The translations under genes were made by a program, and so were the position numbers. From NCBI GenBank assembly GCA_036166035.1, contig JAYZHZ010000118.1:1-32524 (forward strand): a stretch of DNA of 32,524 bases. The letters are read 5' to 3'. This document shows positions 10,726-19,523 of this stretch, one piece after another. The notes beneath the pieces are model-generated. The model ran no database searches. It had not been told where the DNA came from and saw only the letters and a list, made by a program, of their open reading frames with translations. Source of the DNA: Bacteroidota bacterium. Lineage in GTDB: Bacteria > Bacteroidota > Bacteroidia > Cytophagales > MED-G16. How positions within the stretch are numbered: position 1 is the first letter of the stretch; every line of letters begins with the position of its first letter.

Positions 10726-11291
10726 TTATTTAGTTTTTTTTCTGCAATTAAATCTGAAAACCTCACTCTTACTTCCATATCATCTTTTATCGAAATAACT
10801 ATTCTTCTATTGCCTTTAACAGTTACGAATAATTCTTTATCCGAATCTTCATCTTTTATTCGTATAAATTTAGATTTATACCAATCTTCCATAGTTTTTT
10901 TTATTTCTAGAATAAGTTTATCTGAAAATAAATGTCTATTCCAAGGAGCCCATGATGCATATGAAAAAGTCGCATTCATTTCATATATTTTATCTTCCAT
11001 AAATCTTGGATAAAAAAGCATTTCAATTATACCATTAATAGAATCTTCTTTGAGAATATATTTTACTGAATTATTAGATGGACCTTGAATTATCATTTGA
11101 TTTTTATTCATTTTCCAGCAGTGATCATAAAATTCCTTTGAAGACATATTGAATTTTATTCCTAAAAAAAGAGAATCATAACGCATACCAGATAACATCT
11201 CTCTTTTTTCAAGTGATTTATAACTACTTTCTTTACATGAATTAATTGATAAAATAATTAAAATGAATAAAATTAATTTAACGTATTTCAT
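10722..11291 (-). CDS. Hypothetical lipoprotein (189 aa), unknown function
   Basis: Signal peptide with lipobox INSC. ATGA overlaps with both neighbours (10722-10725 and 11288-11291), which supports a real operon gene. No catalytic motif that I recognise. Confidence 0.8.
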   Translation of the reverse strand: MKYVKLILFILIILSINSCKESSYKSLEKREMLSGMRYDSLFLGIKFNMSSKEFYDHCWKMNKNQMIIQGPSNNSVKYILKEDSINGIIEMLFYPRFMEDKIYEMNATFSYASWAPWNRHLFSDKLILEIKKTMEDWYKSKFIRIKDEDSDKELFVTVKGNRRIVISIKDDMEVRVRFSDLIAEKKLNK

Positions 11292-14200
11292 TTGTTATAA
11301 ATTTTCATACTATCATTATTTAAAGCAAAAATATAATTATCTATATTCTTTCCTCCTATTTTAATTATATCTCTAATCTCCCCCTTAATAAATAACCCAG
11401 ATTTTTTTGATTTTTGAGGTTTGAATGTGCCATCATTATTGCCCAATAGCATCAAAGAAAAACTAGCATTGTTGATTCCGTATTCAGGTTTTATTTTAGT
11501 CTGATTTCCACCAATAATAATATCAATAAAATTATCATCATTGAAATCATCTTCTAGAATTGCATAAATTGATGAAATTTGAGCTTCAAATGGAAGTTCA
11601 ATTTTAGTAAAATCTTGTCCACCATTATTTATTAAAACCAAGCTTGAAAGATTATGAACATATTTTAATTCGGAATCCTCAATTATTTTTTCATCAAATA
11701 ATTCAAATAGTGTTTCATCCTTATAATTTTCAAATTTTAAATATTTTTTTTTGAGATCTGGAATTTGCATCCATAAATCCTTTAACTGAACCATTGGATA
11801 AAGTTTGGAATTATAATGCATACCCAAAATCTGTTCGGTACGTCCATTCTTATCAAAATCATTAACAAGAAGTACCATTGGCATCTTTTCTGAAGCATCA
11901 AAACTTGAATTTTGTCCAAAATTTCCAAGAACTATATCATCAAATCCATCATCATTCAAATCAGATACTTTTAAGACATTATAAAGTCCATTTGATTTTT
12001 CTAATTTCATTTTATCTGTAATTTCCATAAAAGAATCATTTATATATTCCCAAATTCTTACAGGCATCCATTCTCCTACAATTATTAGCTCTTTTTTATT
12101 ATCATTATTCAAATCTACAAATTCACTATCGGTAACCATACCTAGACTCATCAGTTCAGGTATTAGTTTTTCCGTTACATCAGTAAAAATTCCTTCCCCA
12201 TCATTCTGAAGTAAATAACCTCTTGTAGAAGTGCCATAAGATCTTGGATTTAAACGTACTCCAACAAAAATATCTACATCGCCATCCTCATCAAAATCAG
12301 TAGAGGAAACTGTTGAAGTAATTTCAAATTTATTCAACGATGGTAGCATTTGATTGGATTTATGAAACTTTCCGTTTTTATCTCCAAAATAAATTCTATC
12401 AAGTAATTCAGTTGAAAAATCTGAAAATTCACTTCCTCCACTTGCCACATATATATCTATTATACCATCTCCATTAAAATCATCAACCAAACAATCTACA
12501 TCTTCTGAATTTTTCTCTTCAGAGAAAGGTTGTGAATAAGGATAAAAACTACCATCATTTCTTTGAAAATATATTAAAGAAGATTGTCCTTTTGCACCAC
12601 CTACAAAAAAGTCATCAATATCATTTTTATCAAAATCAGCTCTACATAAACATGGTCCTTCATTAGAATTCATTTTAAAAAGAAGTCTCTCCACATCAAA
12701 ATCTACATATGAATTCTCGTTATGTTTAAAATCAAATTTATAATTTTTCTCTTTTAAAAGACTATGCGATTTTTTAATTGATTCTATCTTATTTTCAGTA
12801 TTTTGAGATGGATTGGAAAAAATGTAATGCTTATTAACTTCAAGATTTTTCTTTAATAGAGTTTCTCCCTTTGGAAAAATAATTTTTACACTATCTACTT
12901 TTTGAAAATTATCAAGACCGAAAATTAATCTGTAGTCTACGGATGATTGAAATCCTCTCATCGGAGAAAGCTCCTGATATTGTAATACATTGTTAGAATA
13001 AACAAAAACTTTTGTTCCGATCCCAAATCTATTTTTATTTGAGGAATTAAAAGAAAAGGAAATGAAATTATTATCTGTTAATATTTCATTTGTTTTATTT
13101 TCATATAATAATGATTCCATATTTACATTGTTTAAAACAATATCTAAATCTCCATCATTATCTAGATCACTATAAGCGGAACCATTTGAAAATGTTGGTT
13201 CATCAAATCCAAATTTATGTGTAACATTTTCAAATGATAAATTTCCATTATTCTTAAAAGCAAAGTTTGGAAGAGCTTCTGAAGGCATCATATCTATCAG
13301 TTTCATTATAGGTTCATCTTCAGATTTAATTAAATTTGATATAACTGAAGGATTAGCTAAAAAATTCACATAATCTTGATCTAACAAATCTTTATAGATT
13401 CCATTTGCAACAAAAATATCTTTTAAACCATCATTGTCCATATCAAAAATTAAGGCTCCCCAACTCCAATCAGTAGCATCAACTCCAGTTATTCTTGAAA
13501 TATCAGAAAAGGAACCATTTTGATTGTTTAATTGTAGAGCATTTCTGCTGAATTGATGAAAATAACCTTGATTTAAAGAGAACTGGTATTTATCCCAACT
13601 ATCAAAAACAGCTTTTGACATAAGTCTATCGTGTCTTTTCGGAAGCATTTCTGTAACAAAAATTTCTGAAAAACCATCATTATTGATGTCTGCCATATCA
13701 GCACCCATTGAACCCATCGATATCTCATTCATATAATCTTCTAGAGATTCCGAAAAAGTTCCATCTTTATTATTTATATATAAATAATCTTTCTCAAAAA
13801 AATCATTTGAAATAAACATATCTTGCCATCCATCAAGATTTATATCTCCAATGGTAACACCTAGACCAAATCCTATTTTACTTGTATATATCCCAGCCGA
13901 TTCAGAAACATCAACGAAAAAATTATCATCATTTCTTAATAATTTGTTTCCCCCCAATTCATCTGGAATTTTCCTTTGTCCTTTTACTAAATCAAATCCT
14001 ATACCAATAGACTTAATGGTATTATTTAATAAATAACAATCTAAATCACCATCATTATCATAATCAAAAAAAGCAGCATGAGTTGAAAGACCCTTGTTAT
14101 CTAATCCATAATCTTTTGCCATTTCTGAAAAAGTTAAATCCCCATTATTAATGAATAATTCATTATATCTCCGTTCACCTTCTGGAGGACCTGATTTACA

Positions 14201-14584
14201 TACATAAATATCAAGTAAACCATCAGCATTAATATCAACCATACTGACTCCAGTACTCCATACACCCTCAGACTCTATACCAGCAATAGAAGAAATATCT
14301 TTAAAATTTAATCCACCCTGATTAAGAAATAATTTATTAGAAACTAAATTCCCGGAAAAAAAAATATCAGGCAAAGAATCGTTATTTATATCTCCAATTC
14401 CAATTCCACCACCATTATAAAAATTTCTGTAAGTGTAAGGATTTAATTCTTCGGTATATTCAAGATTATTAACAAAATTAAGGCCTGAACTATAAGGAGA
14501 AACCTTTTGAAATAAAGACTCTTGTGATATATTATTTGTGCAAGAACAAAAAATCACAAAAAGAATTAGAGAATAGTTTTTCAC
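11288..14584 (-). CDS. FG-GAP/VCBS-repeat + ASPIC/UnbV-domain lipoprotein, paralog 3
   Basis: 1098 aa, GTG start, lipobox FCSC. Motifs FYNGGG, SMGAD, EMLP, QFSRNALQLN, TDWSW and GIGTKV..PMRGFQSS..LIFGL. Confidence 0.88.
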   Translation of the reverse strand: MKNYSLILFVIFCSCTNNISQESLFQKVSPYSSGLNFVNNLEYTEELNPYTYRNFYNGGGIGIGDINNDSLPDIFFSGNLVSNKLFLNQGGLNFKDISSIAGIESEGVWSTGVSMVDINADGLLDIYVCKSGPPEGERRYNELFINNGDLTFSEMAKDYGLDNKGLSTHAAFFDYDNDGDLDCYLLNNTIKSIGIGFDLVKGQRKIPDELGGNKLLRNDDNFFVDVSESAGIYTSKIGFGLGVTIGDINLDGWQDMFISNDFFEKDYLYINNKDGTFSESLEDYMNEISMGSMGADMADINNDGFSEIFVTEMLPKRHDRLMSKAVFDSWDKYQFSLNQGYFHQFSRNALQLNNQNGSFSDISRITGVDATDWSWGALIFDMDNDGLKDIFVANGIYKDLLDQDYVNFLANPSVISNLIKSEDEPIMKLIDMMPSEALPNFAFKNNGNLSFENVTHKFGFDEPTFSNGSAYSDLDNDGDLDIVLNNVNMESLLYENKTNEILTDNNFISFSFNSSNKNRFGIGTKVFVYSNNVLQYQELSPMRGFQSSVDYRLIFGLDNFQKVDSVKIIFPKGETLLKKNLEVNKHYIFSNPSQNTENKIESIKKSHSLLKEKNYKFDFKHNENSYVDFDVERLLFKMNSNEGPCLCRADFDKNDIDDFFVGGAKGQSSLIYFQRNDGSFYPYSQPFSEEKNSEDVDCLVDDFNGDGIIDIYVASGGSEFSDFSTELLDRIYFGDKNGKFHKSNQMLPSLNKFEITSTVSSTDFDEDGDVDIFVGVRLNPRSYGTSTRGYLLQNDGEGIFTDVTEKLIPELMSLGMVTDSEFVDLNNDNKKELIIVGEWMPVRIWEYINDSFMEITDKMKLEKSNGLYNVLKVSDLNDDGFDDIVLGNFGQNSSFDASEKMPMVLLVNDFDKNGRTEQILGMHYNSKLYPMVQLKDLWMQIPDLKKKYLKFENYKDETLFELFDEKIIEDSELKYVHNLSSLVLINNGGQDFTKIELPFEAQISSIYAILEDDFNDDNFIDIIIGGNQTKIKPEYGINNASFSLMLLGNNDGTFKPQKSKKSGLFIKGEIRDIIKIGGKNIDNYIFALNNDSMKIYNK

Positions 14585-14609
14585 GATTTATAATAGCTTA
14601 TATATAAAA

Positions 14610-14617
14610 CAAAGATA
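14610..14617 (-). promoter_or_regulatory. Putative Bacteroidota -7 promoter element (TATCTTTG) for the FG-GAP/haloperoxidase/glp sub-operon
   Basis: Exact TAnnTTTG match on the minus strand, 25 nt upstream of the GTG at 14584 and directly after the terminator U-tract. No clear -33 TTTG. Confidence 0.45.
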
Positions 14618-14652
14618 AAAAAAAAGCAAGCGAAAAATATCGCTTGCCTTTT
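14617..14652 (-). terminator. Rho-independent terminator after the susD at 14680-16239
   Basis: Stem GCAAGCGA (14626-14633) / TCGCTTGC (14640-14647) with a 6-nt loop. The A9 run at 14617-14625 gives a U-tract on the minus strand. Confidence 0.85.
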
Positions 14653-14679
14653 ATTAACTAATTAAAATACTCTTAACTA

Positions 14680-16239
14680 TTAGTAGCCTGGATTCTGTGT
14701 TAGTTTAGTATTAGCATCCATTTGAGATTTTGGAATAGGGAAAATTCTCAGATGAGTACCAGTCGCCGTCATTTCCCACCAAGGACCTTCAAATTTTCCA
14801 AATCTAATCAAATCCTGTCTTCTAACATTCTCAACATACATTTCCCTTCCTCGTTCTGCTAATAGATTATCATCATCAAGAGAAGTATATGGATCAACTC
14901 CAGCCCTAGCTCTTATCTGATTAACAATCCCTAAAGCACCAGCAGCATCACCTGTTCTATAATGAGCTTCAGCTTTACCAAGTAAGATATCTGCATATCT
15001 AAATAGTACCCAGTCATTACTCATGTTAGGAGTTCCTCCATTTTCATACTCGTATTTTCCAACTCTAGCACCACATTGACGGCATGCGTCAGGCCATATT
15101 GAATTAATATACGGTGTGAAATTAAGTCCAACTCCATCATCATCTCCAGCTTCTCCACCAGCAGGGTCATCCGTTCCCTGAGGACCAACTACAAAGTTGG
15201 AAAGCCTACTATCAAGAGTTCCTGTATCTGTTCCTTTACCTTTATATACTGTCCCCTGAGGTCCAGGATTTCCTACAGGATCAATATATGAGTTATAAAA
15301 ATCCTCTACTGTTGCATAACCATTCCAAGGTTGAGCTTGAAGATTATATGTGTTCTGACTTGCATAGTGCAATGTCATCTGAACCCAATTAAACCCTCCA
15401 GCAAAAACTTTATCATAAGGTACAACAAAGATATTTTCAGCAGACCCACTATTATCAACTTTAAAGTTTGCAGCATAATTTGATTCTAAACTGTAAAGAC
15501 CAGAATTAATTATAGCGTCAGCATCTGCTTTCGCTCCAGCCCAATCAGGACTACCAGTATAAACTCCTGCATTCAACTTCAGTTTATGTCTTAAAGCTAA
15601 TGCTGCCCATTTATTCATTCTTCCATAAGTACTAGCATCTTTAGCATCAGTAAGAAGAGGAATAACAGCATCCAACTCAGTCATAATCCAGCTGTAAACA
15701 GAGGCTCTTGAAGTATTTGCCTTTGCTTCAGTATCTGTAAAGTCTATAGAAAGAGGAACGTTACCAAACATATCCATAAGATGATAATACCAAAATGCTC
15801 TAATTGCTCTAAGCTCAGCTTGATAAGCTTCTGCTCCTTCAACAGAACTAAACTGATATATCAATCGATTGGTCGTATTAACACCAGCATAAAGTGCATT
15901 CCATGCATTACCAACAAAACCATTATCAGGAGTATATGTATGCTGATGAACTTGTAAAAGAACACCACCATCATACCAGTCACCACCTCTTGTTGGTACA
16001 ACAAGCTCATCTGATGATAGCTCATTAGTTGACCATACATTAGCGTGACTACCCCACATAGTAAAGTTGGAATATGCTTGACCTAAAGCTGCGATGTATT
16101 CATCTTCAGACTGAAAAAAGTTTTCAGCAGCAAGTGTGTCATACAATTCTTCATCTAGATTTGTACAAGCAGGTACTATAAATACCATACAGGCAAAGAC
16201 TAAGATTAGTTTTTTAATATTCATTATTAAATTTTTCAT
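14680..16239 (-). CDS. SusD/RagB family outer-membrane substrate-binding lipoprotein (pair A)
   Basis: Lipobox VPAC. SusD motifs AELRAIRAFWYYHLMDMFGNVPL, LFRYADILLGKAEA, VNQIRARAG, LLAERGREMYVE..RRQDLIRFG and FPIP..LTQNPGY. Directly downstream of a SusC. Confidence 0.95.
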   Translation of the reverse strand: MKNLIMNIKKLILVFACMVFIVPACTNLDEELYDTLAAENFFQSEDEYIAALGQAYSNFTMWGSHANVWSTNELSSDELVVPTRGGDWYDGGVLLQVHQHTYTPDNGFVGNAWNALYAGVNTTNRLIYQFSSVEGAEAYQAELRAIRAFWYYHLMDMFGNVPLSIDFTDTEAKANTSRASVYSWIMTELDAVIPLLTDAKDASTYGRMNKWAALALRHKLKLNAGVYTGSPDWAGAKADADAIINSGLYSLESNYAANFKVDNSGSAENIFVVPYDKVFAGGFNWVQMTLHYASQNTYNLQAQPWNGYATVEDFYNSYIDPVGNPGPQGTVYKGKGTDTGTLDSRLSNFVVGPQGTDDPAGGEAGDDDGVGLNFTPYINSIWPDACRQCGARVGKYEYENGGTPNMSNDWVLFRYADILLGKAEAHYRTGDAAGALGIVNQIRARAGVDPYTSLDDDNLLAERGREMYVENVRRQDLIRFGKFEGPWWEMTATGTHLRIFPIPKSQMDANTKLTQNPGY

Positions 16240-16259
16240 AATTTATAATTTTTAAAAAT

Positions 16260-19202
16260 TTAAAAAGTAACATTTAAACCTAGTGTTAGGGTTCTAGCCC
16301 TATAATAGGTATTACGTCTTTCTATACCAGGAGATAATGGATCAAAACCACCCATTGAACCTCCCTGTGAACCGTCAAATCGGTCACCATACCTAGCTAC
16401 AGGATCAACACCTTCGTAGCCAGTAATTACAAATGGTCTCTGTGCAGAAAAATAAATTCTCATATTTCTTACATTACCAAAATCAGGTATCGAATAACCA
16501 ATTGTAAGGTTATTAAGTTCAAAATATGTTGCGTTTTCAACATGAGAACTGTTAACTGCAGCTTTCTTGATACTTTCATCATAGTACTTAGTTTTAACGA
16601 CATTCCAGTTACCTACTGTAGTTGGCTCTGTATTTTCATAAAAACCTCTATAAGTACTAATTAAATCATGACCAAATTCACCATTCCAGAACATTGAGAT
16701 ATCCCATTTTCCAAATGTAAAAGTATTTGACCATCCTAAGCTGAAGTCTGGAAGACCGTTTCCAATAACTGATCTGTCATCGTCACAGTCACAATAACTT
16801 CCGTCACCATCTAAATCAGCAAATTCAGGTGTTCCGTCAGATTTTACTCCTATTTGTGTTGGTCCCCAAAGTTGACCCATTGGCTCTCCTTCTTTAACTC
16901 TTATTAGACTCACAGCACTTTGTCCTGGAGATCCCATAGAAGCCCTATAAAGAAGTCCTCCTCCAAATGAAAAATCTTCATCTGAAAGACTTACAACTTC
17001 ACTAGAAGCCGAAGCATAATTAATTCCAGTTGTCCAGCTAAATGAACTGTTATCAACTGCTGCAAAATTAATTGCTGCCTCTAATCCACTATTTTTTGTC
17101 TCTCCAATATTTACCATTGTTTGACTAACCAAATTTGGTGGAACAGGAACATCTACATATAGTAACTGATCTGTAGTATTTCTTGTGAAATAATCTATAG
17201 CACCATATAATCTAGAATTCATAACAGCGAAGTCAACTCCAACATTAATATGTGAAGCTTTTTCCCATGCAAGATCTGGATTAGCATTACTTGTTGGTCC
17301 ATAACTTGATACATAAGATCCATTGTAGTAGAAACTACCTGCAGGACCGAACTTTTGAAGTGAAAGATATGATGAGCCCGGAGTATTACCAGTTTGACCA
17401 TAACTCACTCTAAGTTTCAAGTTATCGATAGCATCATTATCAATCAAATTACTCAAAGTTACAGCAGCACCAGCGCCATAAAATAATGCCCATTTGTTAT
17501 TAGCTCCAAATTTTGAAGAACCTTCATATCTTAAATCTAAATTAAAGATATAGGTATCATCATAATTTACGTTTACCCTACCAAAAGCGGCTATTAATTT
17601 TTCAGAGTTTGCCCAACTCCATACACTTCCAAGTCCATTAGCAAAATCTAATGCAGCACCAAGGTTGTGGTATGTAAATGCATCTGTTAAGAAGTTTCCT
17701 CCTTCAGCATGATAACCTTCATTAAAGAATTCTTGATAAGAATAACCAGCAAGTAAGTTAAGATTCGTTTGATCTATATCAGTATTATAACCAAGTGACC
17801 CTTCAAAAAGTGAAAAAGTAAATTGTTGATTATCAGTTACTGCTAAACCATTTCTATCTGACCCTCTAAACCTTGCGGTCTTCTTGTAATAGGCTCCTCT
17901 TTCAACATCAGTAATTTGTTTAGTATAAGATAAACTACCTTCAAGACCATCAGCAATTGAACTTAAATCAAATTCTCCTCTCAAAGAACCTAAGAAGATG
18001 TTATCATCTCCTTCATTTATATTTTGTTCTGCAATAGATAAAGGATTAAAAAAGTCAAAAATAGTTCTCTCTGTATATCCACCATATGGAGAATTCGCAT
18101 CATAAACAGGCATAGTTGGATTTGCTATAGTAGCATATCTAAATGCTTGTTTAAAACCAAAATCTCTTTCTAAATTAGTATTGGAAAGGTTTAAAGTAAA
18201 TTTTGCCTTACCACCAAGTGCTTTTTGTGATATATTAAGATTAGCATTAATTCTTTCATTACCAGTATTAATACCTATACCTGACTGATTTCTATAATTT
18301 ACAGCAGCTCTATAATTAGTTAATGAAGAACCACCTGAAACAGCAATGTTATGAACTTGAGTATAACCATTATCAGTTACCAAATCAAGCCAATCTGTAT
18401 CAGCACCCATATTAACAGCTCCTGGAAGACTTCTATACTCTTCAGCAGTCATGACATTAATTTGTCTAGACACCTGATCCATAGAACCAGAAAAACTATA
18501 GTCTACCTTAGTATTACCAGGATTACCTTGTTTCGTAGTTATTAAAATTACACCACTTGAACCTCTGGTTCCATATATAGCAGCTGCAGCACCATCCTTA
18601 ATAACATCAATTGTTTCGATATCATTTGGATCTATAGCATCTAAAGACCCTCCTGCAACACCATCAATAACAACAAGCGGCTCAGCATTAGCACCTATGG
18701 TAGAGATACCTCTTAATCTAATAACGTATCCATCGTTAGGATCACTTCCTGGCTTAGAAATTGTAAGACCAGCAACTTTTCCTTGCAATAAGCCCATAGG
18801 GCTACTATTTAGACCCTTGTTAAAATCGTCTTCGTTAAGGTGAGATACAGCACTTGTAACCTCTTGTCTACGTTGTGTACCATAACCTGTAACAACGATT
18901 TCATCAAGAGATGCAATATCAACATCTAGTTGAACACTGATCTCCGACTGAGAGCCTACAGTAATTTCTTGTGTTGAATACCCAACGTAGGAAAAAACAA
19001 GAACATCTCCAGAACCCGCATTCAATGAATAATTTCCATCAAAGTCGGTAACTGAACCAGTTCTAGTTCCCTTGACGATTATATTCGCACCGGGTATACC
19101 ATCACCATTCTCATCTGTAACTGTACCAGTCACAGCATTTTGAGCTATAGCATAGCTCATACCTGATAAAAATATCAGGACCAATAGTAAAAGTTTTCTC
19201 AT
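16260..19202 (-). CDS. SusC/RagA family TonB-dependent transporter (pair A)
   Basis: Signal peptide and N-terminal VTGTVTDENG..PGANIIVKGT domain; LDEIVVTGYG; plug motifs EPLVVIDGV and DIETIDVIKDGAAAAIYGTRGSSGVILITTK; NPDLAWEK; C-terminal LGLNVTF. Confidence 0.96.
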   Translation of the reverse strand: MRKLLLLVLIFLSGMSYAIAQNAVTGTVTDENGDGIPGANIIVKGTRTGSVTDFDGNYSLNAGSGDVLVFSYVGYSTQEITVGSQSEISVQLDVDIASLDEIVVTGYGTQRRQEVTSAVSHLNEDDFNKGLNSSPMGLLQGKVAGLTISKPGSDPNDGYVIRLRGISTIGANAEPLVVIDGVAGGSLDAIDPNDIETIDVIKDGAAAAIYGTRGSSGVILITTKQGNPGNTKVDYSFSGSMDQVSRQINVMTAEEYRSLPGAVNMGADTDWLDLVTDNGYTQVHNIAVSGGSSLTNYRAAVNYRNQSGIGINTGNERINANLNISQKALGGKAKFTLNLSNTNLERDFGFKQAFRYATIANPTMPVYDANSPYGGYTERTIFDFFNPLSIAEQNINEGDDNIFLGSLRGEFDLSSIADGLEGSLSYTKQITDVERGAYYKKTARFRGSDRNGLAVTDNQQFTFSLFEGSLGYNTDIDQTNLNLLAGYSYQEFFNEGYHAEGGNFLTDAFTYHNLGAALDFANGLGSVWSWANSEKLIAAFGRVNVNYDDTYIFNLDLRYEGSSKFGANNKWALFYGAGAAVTLSNLIDNDAIDNLKLRVSYGQTGNTPGSSYLSLQKFGPAGSFYYNGSYVSSYGPTSNANPDLAWEKASHINVGVDFAVMNSRLYGAIDYFTRNTTDQLLYVDVPVPPNLVSQTMVNIGETKNSGLEAAINFAAVDNSSFSWTTGINYASASSEVVSLSDEDFSFGGGLLYRASMGSPGQSAVSLIRVKEGEPMGQLWGPTQIGVKSDGTPEFADLDGDGSYCDCDDDRSVIGNGLPDFSLGWSNTFTFGKWDISMFWNGEFGHDLISTYRGFYENTEPTTVGNWNVVKTKYYDESIKKAAVNSSHVENATYFELNNLTIGYSIPDFGNVRNMRIYFSAQRPFVITGYEGVDPVARYGDRFDGSQGGSMGGFDPLSPGIERRNTYYRARTLTLGLNVTF

Positions 19203-19244
19203 ATTTTACTTTTTAAATAGTTTAGTTTAAAATTTAACTTAATT

Positions 19245-19252
19245 CAAAATTA
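19245..19252 (-). promoter_or_regulatory. Putative -7 promoter element (TAATTTTG) upstream of susC pair A
   Basis: Exact TAnnTTTG match 42 nt upstream of the ATG at 19202, with CTTG 17 nt further upstream. The AT-rich context makes a chance match possible. Confidence 0.35.
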
Positions 19253-19467
19253 AATTATTGAAAGTCCAACAAGTTATCCTATAAAAACAGCTATAGAAAC
19301 ATAGCCTAAAATACTAGTTTGGTCGTCGACAACAATATAATTAGTTAACTGCAACAAATTTGCATTAAATTAATTAGAATGGAAAAAAATTAACAAAAAA
19401 TATATTGGTTTATTTTTTATTTATACCAATTGAGTTTTTATAAAGTAATAGAAAAGAAACATCTAAT

Positions 19468-19498
19468 AAAAAAAGCAGGACAAAAATTGCCCTGCTTT
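19468..19498 (-). terminator. Rho-independent terminator after the susD at 19524-21218
   Basis: Minus strand reads AAAGCAGGGCAA-TTT-TTGTCCTGCTTTTTTT. The single stem mismatch is a G-U wobble only on the minus strand, and a U7 tail follows. Confidence 0.85.
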
Positions 19499-19523
19499 AA
19501 TTTATTTAAGTAACCTAAGTAAT

